64,000 nt of DNA from the human T2T-CHM13v2.0 reference genome, Homo sapiens: assembly GCF_009914755.1 (NCBI RefSeq), contig NC_060932.1; one strand, written 5' to 3'. The position numbers and the translations under genes were made by a program. Of this stretch, positions 29,685 through 44,140 are shown in pieces. The notes beneath the pieces are model-generated. The model was given only the letters and a program-made list of their open reading frames with translations, had not been told where the DNA came from and ran no database searches. Every line of letters starts with the position of its first letter. The first letter of the stretch is position 1.

Positions 29685-31581
29685 CACCTTGCCTTTTCGA
29701 AGCCTCTGGGCGCTTGGGCAGCGCGGGGTAAAGAAAATCAGGAGGCTCCGCCCGCAGCTTCTACGAACAGGCCAGGAGTAGAGCCCCCGCACGTAGTAGG
29801 TGCTCCAGGCACGTCTAGAAGCCTAAAGGGCTTGGTCGATACATTTGAACTCCATTTTAGAGACTGGAAGGGAAGAAGGGGGCGTCCGGGCCCCTGCCAG
29901 CACCTTCCACCTTGGGGCCTTGTCAATGAACACTGCGTTAGCACCTACGACGTGCCAGGCGCCCTGGCGACTATTGGAAAACCCGGCTCCCCTCTCACCC
30001 CGTTTTCCTCGTTGGCGAGTCGGCCTCGCCTCCTCCTCCCGTCTCTTCCTCTCACCACACACACCCAGCCGCAGAGCGGGGGTGGGCGCTCGCTGTCTCC
30101 CTGGAGAACCAGCTCGTCGCAAACTTGCGGGGCTTGGGGACCCGCGAGGGGGAGAAGTCGGGAGAGGCCAGGGGTGCCCGGAAACAATCACGAGAAAGCC
30201 GGGCGAATGCCTGATGCAGGGACGCGGCGAGCCAGTCACTGCCCTCAGGGTCACGGCTGACTCCCTCTGCGGGACTCGCCCAGCCCGCGAGACGCAGTGA
30301 CCTGCCCAACCCCCACCCCCTTGCGCGCTTCTGGGTGCGCACGTGTCCCCTCGCCCAACACACCACCGAGCCCCGCGCATGGTACGGCCGCCGAGGACCC
30401 TAGCGTAGGAGGGAGGAGCGAGTCAGGGCTCCAGCTGACGAGCAGAGCCAGACGATCCCCACACGCTTCCTGGGAGACCCGGCTGCAAGGCCAGGCTAAT
30501 GCGCGCTCCGACGTCTCTGTGCCAAGCCGGGGCGCAAGCTCAACCCCCATCTCAAGTTCAGCCGCGCTTCCTCCCGCAAGGTCACGCTTAAACACTCGCG
30601 CAGAGAAAGGAGGAGCGGAAAGTTGCGCCACCGTCCCGATTCCAAACTAACTGTACCCTCACCAGAGCGCCTCGCCCCAGGGTCACCGCTGTCCGTCCCC
30701 GTGCGCTCCCAGAAGGGGTGGCCCTGCCCCCACGCAGGTCACACACACGAGAGACACAGGCAAGTTGCTAACTTTTGTCAGATTATTTCTTGGGAGCTGC
30801 GACGCCTCACGGGGTTGGGGCGGATTCAGAGTTTCGAGTTGCCACTAACACGACTCCGGCCGTGCTCTCCTTGGCCCACCCGCGTCCCCCACTGTCCGCC
30901 ACGCCGCGTTCAGCTCTCTTGTCCCGGGTGTCAACTTCACCCCCAGATCCGGAGCAGCGCGCTCTGACGGCGTCCCCGGGGCCGATAGCCACCTCCCGGA
31001 TCTGCGCCTGCTTGCAGCGGATTGGGGGACTCGATCCGGATACTGTCCCACGGCCGCTCGTCCAGAACACTGGCGGCCTCCGCGGTGTCCCAGCCTGTGA
31101 CCCCAAATCCGCTCGAGAGCGCCTGAGCCCGGCCACCCAGCGAGGTCTCCTCCCACGGGCGGCCCCAGCGGAGGAGATCCCAGCCCGGCGCCGGGTGCAA
31201 TGTCACTGGGGCTGCTTTCGGGAACCGCTGCCCGGGACTTGGCGTAGGTTCCCCACAGAGCTCCAGGCAGCTCCTCCAGTGTCGGCCGAAGACCCCTAAG
31301 CCCGAACCTCCACCCCGACCTTCTTCCTCTCCCAAAGCCCTGGGTGGTCGCCGCTGCCAAGGAAGGGGTCTCCCTTCGAATGTCTTCCACTAGAATCCCG
31401 GGGTCTTCAGTCCCAGCTCCACTGTCACACCCTCCTAGTCCCCTCCCCACCCCTTCAGTTCCCGGGTCCAGACAATCAACCTTCCACTCCGAGAATCCAC
31501 AGGAAACTGCCCGAGCCCCAACTCAGGCGGACGCAGCCCCCGCGCACCCCGAGCAGGGTTCGCCTCCGCGCGCGCACTCAC

Positions 31582-31900
31582 CACGGCTGGAGACACGCTG
31601 GAGTTTCCGGGATTTGGGCATGAAGGGGTTCGGAGGAGAATACAGGGGTGTGGGTGTCCCGGACACTTGCCCCCTTCCCAGCTCACATCGCCTCTTCCTT
31701 CTCTCTCCGCTCTTCTTCCTCCTCCTCCTCCCTCCGGTCTAGGGCTCTTTGTCTTTGCAAAGTGTCGAAACTGTCTGGCATAGTGGGCTCCGCCGGCGGA
31801 GGCTGGAGCCGAGGAAGCGAGGAGGCGGGATGAGGGTGGGAGAGGGCTCGGGAACACCTTCCCCCGGGTGTAACGGGAGTGAAAGGCGGGGCGACCGAGG
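31582..31900 (-). other. Putative first exon (largely 5' UTR) of an unidentified minus-strand gene
   Basis: Strong donor GTG|GTGAGT at 31582/31581; Inr-like TTCACTCC around 31880; GC boxes upstream. TSS position is approximate. Confidence 0.6.
31683..31781 (-). other. Candidate uORF, 32 aa (MPDSFDTLQRQRALDRREEEEEEERREKEEAM)
   Basis: ATG with A at -3 (CCCACTATGC); stop TGA lies within the putative exon 1. Confidence 0.4.
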
Positions 31901-32989
31901 AGGGGCCGCCTTCCCTGGCCGGCCGGGGCCGGGTGCCAGGGCGCGCCAGAGCCCAGCCACCGCCTCCCCTGCGCGCGGCCCTCCCCTTCCTCCGCCCAGT
32001 GCCCGCCCCTCCCGACTCTGCGCCTCCGTTCGGCCCCGCCCACCCCAACTTGGCTCGGCTTTCCCTTGGCTCCGGGCTTCCTGCAAGCCGAATTTAGCTC
32101 TGCCAAGCCACGTGGACCGCAGCGGGCTCGGCAGAGGCCGAGCCTGGGAGACGCCGGAGGCGGCGGCTGCGGCGCGGGGACCTGATCGGCGCCCCGAGAG
32201 GAGCTCCCCGCTCTCTGGACGCGGCCCTCAAGCTGGCGGGGCTAAGGAAGAGCGCCCGGGAGGCCCGGGAGCCACTGGGGTCCGTTTCAGCAGGAAGACG
32301 GGCACGCACCGAGAGGATGGCAGTGCCCAGAAGAACTCGAGTCGGGGGCACGGTGGGGAGAAGGGGCCGATCCCCTGCTGGCGACCGGGCAGAGCCACCC
32401 ACTTCCTCTAAGGGCGCGGGACTCGAGGTGGGATTTAGGGAGGGGGAAGGGAGGAGCGTGGGCTGGACGACTCTTGCGGCCAGAACCGCGTTCAGAGCCA
32501 CAGAGCCGGGCACTGCGGCCGGCCCTGGTCCCGGCCCCGGCCCTGGCCCAGCCCTTGCCCTGGCTCGCCTGCCGCCGCTTTTTCCTTCCAGATGCGGAGG
32601 CTGCGGCTGGAGCTTGGGGTTTGCGGATTAGGCTTGCAGTTATTCAGCCCTCCCTCTTTTACAGGGAAGCGGGGGCGGTGGAGACTTCTTTTGCTGAAAG
32701 GCAGAGTGCAGCGCTTTGATGCTAAATGCAGTACACAAGTCATGTAAATCTGGTTTTACGGTTCTTAACCCCTTACTGAGACTACCTCTTTCGCAACTTT
32801 TCGGAGGAATGTTAGAGGAAAGAGGCACAGTTTGCCTTTGGGGTCATTGCATCCTTCCAGCGCCCCTTGCTCCAGCTGGAGAGAGATCAACCTTTTGCAG
32901 TGGAAGGGGAGAGTCCCCCAGCCTTTGTTTCATCAGACGGCTGCTGTAGTACAGGGATTCAGGCCAGGGCCCGCATGGCCGGACTTCTT

Positions 32990-33190
32990 GGTTCAAATCC
33001 TGCACTGCCACTCAACGGATGTGTGAGCTTGGGCTAGTGACTGAACCTCCCAGCCTAGGTGACTCTGTGCCTCGGTGTCCTCATCTGTGAGAACCGACCT
33101 AAGAAGTGTCTGTCTGATAAAGCTGTTGTGATGAGTTAGTGAATTCGTACACATAGAACCTTTAGAACTGTCTTTGACATGTAGTAAGTC
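32990..33190 (+). mobile_element. MIR
   Basis: GGTTCAAATCC..CTGCCACT..TGTGCCTCGGTGTCCTCATCTGT. Confidence 0.7.
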
Positions 33191-33978
33191 AGCTGTGTAG
33201 ATGGTGGGTTTCTCCAGTGTCAGGTCCCTGCCCACAGCAGGAAGATGACCTGTGCTAGAAGATGGGGGCTAGGGTGTTGGGGAAGACTTCAGGGACTTGG
33301 GAGAGAAAAGGAGAAATATTCAGAGATGAGAAAAGTAGAAGAAAAACCAGCTTTTAAAAGGGGGAGGAGAGAGAATGAGAAAAATAACTACTAGAAAGGG
33401 AAGGAAAAGATGAATAGCCTTTTAGGTACTTCGGGACCTGCTCTGAGACCTCTTGCCTGACGCCCTTGGTTTTTGATAGAATTCTAGAGAAGGGGTGAGC
33501 CCTTTTGTCTGCCTGGACACATCCTGTGGGCTTTCCTCTTTCTGAAACTCAGGTCAAGGTGTTCACTGCATCTCCAGATTGCTTGTGTGCATGGGAGGAG
33601 GGGGGCAGAGAGTTCTGCTTACATCGGCTACTGTCCCCTCCACCAGCAGCGTCTTCCAGCAAAGAAGAGCTTCTAACATGCACCAGACTTTTAGCTTTGG
33701 CTGGGAATATCGTCTGGGCCAATAAAGAGTTTTTGGATGAAATAACAAAAGTGTTGTTTATTGTATGGATCAAATAATGTATGGGAACATATTCGAAAAA
33801 TAGAAAATGCTATACTCATATAAGACTATGCTACTATATCCTAGTAGATTCTGTGGAAAGAGGATCAGATTTGGCAAGTAAGGAGCCCCAGGTCATCCAG
33901 CTGTTGCACTTTGCAGCCAAGAACCAAAAGCAGCTCAGTTTTAGCTGAGTTCTTACTGTATGTATTCCACGTGCAATA

Positions 33979-34156
33979 CTGGCAGTGCAGTAGTTTTGTT
34001 TATACCAGCATCACCACAAACATGTGAGTAATGCATTGAGTTGATGTTCTGATCACTAGGCACAGGAGTTTTTCAGCTACATTAATATATTGTGAGACCA
34101 CTGTCTTACATGCATGTGGTCCATCATTGACCAAAATGTTATCCAATGCATGACTA
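33979..34156 (-). mobile_element. Tigger3/MER7 left-terminal fragment
   Basis: Reverse complement of the left end seen at 35515-35695 (GATGCTGGTATAAACAAA..ACTGCACT.CCAGTA); TA flank at 34157. Confidence 0.85.
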
Positions 34157-36004
34157 TATATGTGAATAGTGTAGATTGTATGGGTTCTGCCAAACAGTTC
34201 TGCTAACGCAAATCCCACCAAGATTCTCAGGGTTGGAGGGAGGCTTCAGGACCATGTCTTGGAAGTTCCCCTGGATGACTCCATAGTGAGATGGAAATTC
34301 CTTATTAATTGACATTGTGGTGAAACACACATAAATCACCACCTTATTTGAATAAAACATTGTACATCAGATGCATCTTTAGTTCATCTCTGAAGGGTTA
34401 ACCTGGGCAAGGCCTTTTCTGAAAGCCCCACTTTCTTTCTGTTAAGTTTCTTCCCAGGTAACAGGGACAGCCTCTCCCTCTCCCTTTTTTTCCAGAGTTT
34501 TGACATTCCATGCAAGTAGCTCTCTTAACACCCCCTTTTAGGACCCTTGCCAGGGGCTGTGTGTCAGAAGTGTGTGCATGCATTCCTCTTTGTCACCCTG
34601 AGTGTATGTCCCATCACATCCTGCCAGAGAACAAGGATCATAGTCATTACTGGGAGTGTCTTCACAGTGGGTCTCCAGGGAGCGCTGACATTGATTTACT
34701 GCATGCTGCCACCTCCTACCTTTTGGAGCACCAGCAAAGCTCTCAGTAATGATGGTTAAGGAAATTGATTTCATCCTTTCCCTACCCCCGTTTCTTGGCA
34801 CAGCAGAGTGGAAAGATCCTAATGGGTTCTGGTCCCATTTGGGTGATTGTGCAGAAAAGAAAAGGGCTGCACCACTTGTCAGAGATGAGTTCAGAGGTGC
34901 TGGGCACAGCACATGGTGTTTTGTGTTTTAGACAGTGTTTTCCTTAGGGCTCTTGGGACTGTGAGGAACTCACTCAAGTTTCTTTAGAAAAAAGAGTTTT
35001 AATGTAGAGATGTGCAGACTGAAGCTGAAAACAAGCTGCAAGGAGAGAGAGCCCATCTCTGTGTTTCTGTCTCCCTCCCGACCCCCACCGCTGCCCCCCC
35101 TCCCCCTCTCCGCTCTGTTCTCTCTCTGCCCACAGGCTTTCTCTGTTAAATCCTGGGGTCTGTTCTAAAGTTTTCTGCATGTTTATGGCCTCAGCCTTTC
35201 TGCATCCTGGCAATTGTGGAAATAATCTTTTCAGCTTCACTTCCCACTGTGGTTCCACCAGGTGTTTTAGTTTTTCCAGGAGAGGAATCTGACTGACAGG
35301 CCTCATCTACAGAGTCATGAATCACCAATCCAATACTGGATGGACTGCCCAGGCAGCCTGAGCTCATCCCATGAATGACTGTGCAGAAGGACAGTCCTCC
35401 AGGAGATGATGCATTAGAGGGAGTGTAGGAGACATGGTCCTGACTCTGAGAATCTTGGCAGGCATTTGAGTTAGTAAACTATTTGGCAGAACCCAGCCAC
35501 ACTTCTCACATGTACAGTCGTTCACTGAGTAATGACGTTTTGGTCAAAAAAGGAATGCGTATATGAGAGTGGTCCCCTCTGATGACACTGATAAATTCCT
35601 GTCACCTAGTGGTGTAGCTGGCATAACATCAACTCCGTGCATTACTCATGTGTTTGTGGCGATGCTGGTATAAACAAACTTACTGCACTACCAGTATGGC
35701 ACATACAATATGTACAGTATATAATACTTGATAATGATAATAAACAGCTATGTAACAGGCTTATATATTTACTGTACTATACTTTAAATCATTTTAGAGT
35801 GTGCTTCTTCTGCTTATAAAACCAAGAGTTTACTGTAAAACAGTATTCTGTGTCATACCGGCAGTAGCCTCATTCATCTCATTTTTTTCGATTGCATCAT
35901 TTTCTCTTGTGCTTGATTTAATCTCATGCTGTTTTGTTCCTCACGGTCCCTAAGCGTACAGAATCCATGGCTAATGTTGCCAAAGAGAAGCCACATTGAG
36001 TGAT

Positions 36005-36725
<721 letters not shown>

Positions 36726-38372
36726 GTGATTGAGCTGGAAATGAAATTAAAAGTGATTAAAGACCACGGAGGTGGAAAATTGGTGATGGTTATTGCTCCC
36801 CAGGCAGGTAGGTCGCATTCGATCATAGCTACAATCTTGGGGAAGAAGAACAAAGTGACAGAAGTTGAAACTATCTGCATCATTGGAGGCAATGAGACTA
36901 TCAACAATTTAAGAAGGGTCTATACCAGATACAGAGAAATTTCTTATGACCCGGATTGAAGACTAGACTGACACACACATGTATTCCACCCAGCCCCACG
37001 ATGATCCCAGCCAAAACAGAAAGTTTGTGATGCTGAAAGAAAAGGCTGGATTTGACTAGGATGTTGAATTTACTGCTAGCTCTGCGTGGTTTAAAGGACT
37101 CAGGAATCGTTCTTTATTATGTAATATGAAAGTGAGTGGTAAGTCTGTGAGTGCTGATGTGAAGGCAGCTGAAGAATTTTTGGAAACTGTAGATAAGCTG
37201 ACTGTGGAGGAAATTTACTTGCCGGAGCAAATCTTCAATATGGATGAAATCTCCTTATTCTGGAAATGGATGCCTGGAATGACTTTTATCTATAAGGAAG
37301 CCAAGTCAATGTCAGGTTTCAAGGCTTTGATGGACAGGGTAACAGTCTTGCTTGAGGGAAATGGTACAGGCTACTAGTTGAAATCCTTCGTGATCTGGCC
37401 CAGTGAGAACCCGAGGGTCTTCAAGCACAGCACTGAGCACATACTGCCAGTGGGCTACAGGAGTAGTGAGAAGTCATAACAGATGCAGCTTCTTTTCCAG
37501 GATGCTCTCCTGCAATGCTGTACCACTGAAAGGAAAAGCACTGTTTGGAGAATGATCCACCTTTCAAGATTTTACTTATTGTTGATAATGCTCCCACATG
37601 TCCTCTTTTTTACGGGTGATCTTCATTCCTAATATCAAAGTGATATTTCTTCCTCCAGGCACCACCTCTTTGATCCACACAATGGATCAAGGAGTTATAG
37701 CAGCTTTTAAGTTCTACTACCTGAGAAGGGAGGACTTTTGCCCAGTCCCATACTGCAGTGGAGGAAGACACTGAGAAGACTCTGATGAAATTCTGAACAG
37801 CATCAAGAACCTTGTTTAGGCTTGGATTATGTCGCTAAGGACTGTAGGAATGGCACCTGGAAGAAGACACGCAAGAGGTTTGTCAATAACTTCAAAGGAT
37901 TTGCCAAGGATGAGGAAGTTGCAAAAATCAAGAAGGCTGTGGTTGAGATGGCAAACTACTTTAACCTGGGTGTGGATGTGGATGACATTGAGTAATTCCT
38001 AGAGGGGGTTCCTGAGGAATTGACTAATGGGTTGCTGTTGGAACTGGAATAGGAGTGCATAGCTGAAGAAGAGGTAAAGAAAAAGAAAGTGCAGGAGAAG
38101 GGAAAAAAGAACTCCCAAGAATACTCACAGTGATGGGTTTAGCAGAAGCTTCTTCAGTCTCCAACAAGCTCCTTAAGAAGTCTGAAAACATGGACCCCAA
38201 AACTGAAAGGTTTTCACTAATAGAGAGGAAAGTTCATGGTGCATTATCTGCCTACAAGCAAAACCAGGATTCAAAAAACCCTTTGAGCTGGAGCTTCAAA
38301 GCACAAAAAAAAAAAAAAAAAAAAAAAAAAGAAAAAGAAAAAAGAAACAAATGAAGCAAACCACCATGGACA

Positions 38373-39570
<1,198 letters not shown>

Positions 39571-40529
39571 CTGTGAGGTTTGCATAGCCATTAAATTGCC
39601 TAATGACGCTTTTCTTGGAATGTGTCTCTGTCATTAAGCCACTCCTGATGGTCTTAGACCCGAAATCTATGCTAAGCCATCTGGTTAGTCTCAGTCCATC
39701 CTGCCCACCCTAATCTCTTTGTCAAAAATCAGCTCATGAATGAATAGCTTTAATCCCTACTTGGACCACCAAGATAAAGAGATAAATATATTGAGTCTTC
39801 TAGGAAAAAAGTTTCTAAGAGTAAGCCCTGAATATAGCTTATTTCTAACTGGACATGAACAAAAGAGCATTTTTAACACAGTTGCTCTGGGAGGCATCTT
39901 TGTGCCCATGAAGAAAGCCAAATAAAGACATTAGGTTCAGAGTCGTAATCACACTAATGCATGAAGTCTGTTCTGGACTTTCTGTTTCATGAGTCAATAA
40001 AATTCTTTTGCTTACTCCACTTTAGGTCATAGTTCTGTTACTTGCAACAAAACCCTTGATAACGACAGTTAGATTGATTGTCCCGAAGCCCCTCTCCTTC
40101 CCTCAAGTCATTTCCAAGCTCTAACCCTTTAAAACATTTGTGGCTTCCCATTGCCTAGGGGTGTAAGTCCAGATTTCTGAGTCTAGCAGTTAAGACCCTC
40201 GGTGTGGTCCCAACGTGTGTTTCTCACTTGTTTCCTTCTAATACTCCTCTTTACAAACCCTCTACTAGCAGGCATAGCTTGGCCCAGAAGCTCTGGTTAA
40301 CTTATATGTTATGTTCTTAAAATCAACATAGATCTCTATCTTGCTGGGCTGGTGAAGCCCCCAAGATATACAGAAGTCCAGAGGGCTAATGCAGGGCCTG
40401 GTGTGAGGAAACTCTGACTCCTGGCAATCCTCACTGCTTCTGCAGAGCCTCCCACTGTCCTGGGCTGCGAGATCCATAAGGATCATGGTTCCTAAGCTTC
40501 CTTGCCATAAGGTCCAGCTGGCCCAGATA

Positions 40530-40806
40530 TATGCATTTCCTAGGATAGCCATAACCAACTACTACAAACTGTGTGGCCAGAAACAGCAGAAATTTATTTT
40601 CTCACAGTTCAGGAGGCTGCAATGAAGGTGTTGCAAAAGTTAGTTCCTGCTGGAGACTCAGAGAGAAACTGTCCCGTGCCTTTCTATATGACCTCATCTC
40701 AACTTGTTTAACCAATTACATTTGCAAATACCCTATTTCCAAATAAGGTCAAATTCTGAGGATCCTGGTAAGCATGAACATTTCAGGAACATTATTCAAC
40801 CCACTA
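40530..40806 (-). mobile_element. MLT1 (B/C-like) LTR, internally deleted
   Basis: CAGAAATTTATTTTCTCACAGTTC..ACCCTATTTCCAAATAAGGTCA.ATTCTGAGG..ATTCAACCCAC. Confidence 0.75.
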
Positions 40807-41503
40807 AACCAGGGACACCAACATCTCCATGCCCACCTCTGGAGCAGATGGCTTCCATTCTCTGTAGCTCCAGCTGACGGGCAGCCCTGGAAACCCTTTT
40901 CATCCTTTTCTTTATGGTGTTCTCAGAAGCAGACTCCTGTCCCCTTTTTTCATGTAAATGGATTTAAGTTTGATTTCCAAAAAGCTAGACCTTCAGCAAC
41001 TTCTAATTTTCCCTAAGGTAGCTAGTCCTTGAGGCAAGGAAACATTAAGGGCCTGACTTCAGGCTTGAAATGGGGGAAATGGGAATCTATAAGGGATGAA
41101 AACCACAAATGAATATTTGAAGTGTCCTGCCATACCTATTGCACCTGCATTCCACACACATCAGTTAATGGAATACCCATCGTTCCTTCTAGAAGAGCCA
41201 CCACCTGGCTTTGCGTATGAACCATGAGTTCCCTGGAAGGCTCTCCACCACCTGAATCCCCTCCTGTCTAATGTGCACAGCTCTTCCTGAGGCAGCGGGG
41301 GCAGTGGGGGTGGGTAGTGGAAGGGCTGCCCCCACATGAGGCCTTTGCTATTGGCCCTGTACAGTCCTCATCCCTTCCGCTTATCCCTACTGGGTCTCCC
41401 TTAAAATCCATCACCACTTTGCACCTTTGCAGTTACGGGCTTATTAGGCTCTATTTCCTGTTCAATGGACAGATCCTGAAGGAGAGGTGCAATCCTCCCT
41501 TCT

Positions 41504-42070
41504 TTCATTCATTCATTCATTCATTCATTCATTCATTCATTCAGCAGAAATTTTTTGAGCATCTACTGTGCGCCAGACACTGTGCTAAGTGCTGAAGACG
41601 TGCAGGTGGACATGACGTAGTTCCTTGCCTCAGGGAATCCACAGTTTGGTGGGGGCCTGACTAATTTCCAGTTATTTCTCCACATTTGGGCAGAAGTGGG
41701 TGTAGTGAGACCTCCTCTGGGGTCAGGTTCCCTGGGCTTTCGCCGAGAACTGAGTGTGCAAGCCGAGTGTGTGTGGTGCCGCCCTAAGCCAGCAGAACTC
41801 TGTGAGCCAGAGTCTGGCTCTGTTTTGAGAGCAGTCAGAAGCTCTCAGAGAATTTTACATGGTGAGCGTTGGCAGATTTGCATGCTAGGCAGACACCTCA
41901 GGCAGCCTTGTGGCCATATGTCCAGACAAGAAGCAATGAGACCATGATTTCAATCATCTAAGCGCTGCCAGGGTTCTGACCTAAGGAAGTGGCAGAAGCC
42001 TAAAAAGAGGTAGATGAGTTTCAAAGAAGGTGAAATAGATAGATCACAACAATTTTGGTCAGGGGCAGGA
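41504..42070 (-). mobile_element. L2 3' fragment with (TTCA)n tail
   Basis: (TTCA)n followed by TTTGAGCATCTACTGTGCGCCAGACACTGTGCTAAGTGCTG. Confidence 0.7.
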
Positions 42071-42390
42071 GGAGAAGGAAAAAGCTTGTATTTCTGTTTT
42101 CCATGAGAGCAAGCAGTGGCATTGCTAATTACACTGCCCCCTAGCATCCATCTCTTACTTCTTTCTGGCAACAGAATTATTTTTGTTTTGTTTTTGTTTT
42201 GTTTTAAACACGCATGTGGTATCTGGAGAGGTAGCATCCATCTAGTAGGGCAAGACCAGCGTGAGAAATATGGGGTAAAAGATAGAAAGCTCTTTGATCC
42301 CTGAAGGCATTCTTGAGCATTGGAATCGATGCCAGCAGTATCCTATCTGGGGATCTTTTCTTTGTTTTATGAAAGAAAATATGCAACAAT

Positions 42391-42719
<329 letters not shown>

Positions 42720-42894
42720 TCAGCCCTAGTCCTAGTCCTTCAAGATAGCATATGGAGGTTTCTTGTTACTTGCAACCCAAGTACAACCCTCACCGACACT
42801 CAGTGGATGGTGACAATCTGCAGAATGGGGCATCTGCCAAGACGGAGGAGAGGAGGCAGTGTCGTTTTTATTTGTCACGGTACTTTCTGTGCAC

Positions 42895-43385
42895 CATTTA
42901 GTTGCTGCTGGTTCTAGTTAATAATCCTGCCTGACAAACCATCCCAAAATTTAGAGACATAAAACTGATATTTCATTATGGTCATGGAATCTGTGGGTCA
43001 TAAGTTTGGATGATACTCAGCAGGGATAACATGTCTCTGCCCCACCGTGTCTGGGAAGACTTGAAACTGAGGGTAACTCACAGGAGTCACCTAGAGGCTT
43101 CTTCACTCATGTACGTAGGATAAGGAATGAGCTGACTTGAGGGCTGGATGCAGCAGGGACTGCCCACTGGAGCACATCCATGTGGCCTCTCCACATGCCT
43201 TGGGCTTTTTGCAGCAAGGGGGCTAGATCGTGAGAGTGAGATTTCCCGGGGAACTGGGGGAAGCCACGTGCCTCTTGTGGTCTAGCTCCAGAAGTAAGGT
43301 AGCTTTACTTCTTTGAACTGTATTCTTTTTGATGGGGGAGAAAGGCAAAGAGTCTGTGGCCATGTTTTAGAAAGTCATGCAGCCA
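42895..43385 (-). mobile_element. Old MLT1 LTR
   Basis: ACAAACCATCCCAAAATTTAG..CATGGAATCTGTGGGTCA..CATGTGGCCTCTCCA. Confidence 0.6.
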
Positions 43386-43788
43386 CAGGCAGCTGCATTT
43401 TCAGGAGCTGGGGGCCAGACTCAATTCACAGCCAACAGAGGGAGGTGAAGCCAGATGTGGAGGAGATTGCCTGGGAATATTGCAGAAAATGAAAAGAGGG
43501 CCAAGGATGGGGCCCTGCCGACATGGTGATTCACAGGAAAGGCTAATGGAATGAATAACTCATTCAATAACATGACTTTGTATAGCTAATTCTCCAGGTC
43601 AGTGATTGTTTAGTCAGGCCCAAGTAAGAGGTTCTCAGTTGGCTGAGCCTCTAGTGACCTTTTGGGGTCAGACAGGGAACCTTAGAATTCTGCTTCTCAA
43701 ACCTTAATGTGCACAAGAACCACTTCAGGAGGCTTATTCTAAATATAAACTCCTGAACCCCTTTTCCAAGAAATTCTCATTCAGTAGA

Positions 43789-44140
43789 CGTTGAGATCTG
43801 AATGTTTTCGTCCCACTCCAATTCATATGTTTAGACCTAATTCCCAGTGCAATAATATTAATGTGGAGCTTTTAGGAGTTGAGGAAATCGTGAAGGCGGA
43901 ATGGAATTACTTCCCTTATAAATGAGGCCCAAGGAAGTTCATTTACCCCTTCCCGGTGTGAGGACACAGCTAGAAGGTGCCATCTATGAAGCAGAGAACA
44001 GGTATTCACCAGACACCAAATAAGTTGGCCTCTTGACCTGGGACTTCCCAGCCTCCAGAACTGTTGGCAGTACATTTCTGTTGTTTAGAAATTACCCAGT
44101 CTAAGGTATTTTGTTAGAGAAGCACAAACAGACTGAAACA
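43789..44140 (+). mobile_element. MLT1A/MST-type LTR with 5-bp TSD GTAGA, nested in a MER5
   Basis: GTGAGGACACAGC.AGAAGG..GGACTTCCCAGCCTCCAGAACTGT..; TSD at 43784-88 and 44141-45; MER5 halves at ~43690-43788 and 44141-44200. Confidence 0.85.

Larger units (their letters stand above)
29550..32700. promoter_or_regulatory. CpG island / promoter
   Basis: Abrupt rise in GC and CpG density, GC boxes (GGCGGG, CCGCCC) and no interspersed repeats. Confidence 0.93.

Noticed and set aside
31582-31900. Assigning a gene symbol to the CpG-island gene
   Set aside because: No coding exon is visible and I do not reliably recognise the leader sequence; a BLAT search is needed.
29478-32743. Many overlapping 100-260 aa ORFs on both strands
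   Set aside because: They reflect stop-codon depletion in a GC-rich CpG island. They are low-complexity P/G/R/A with no recognisable domain.
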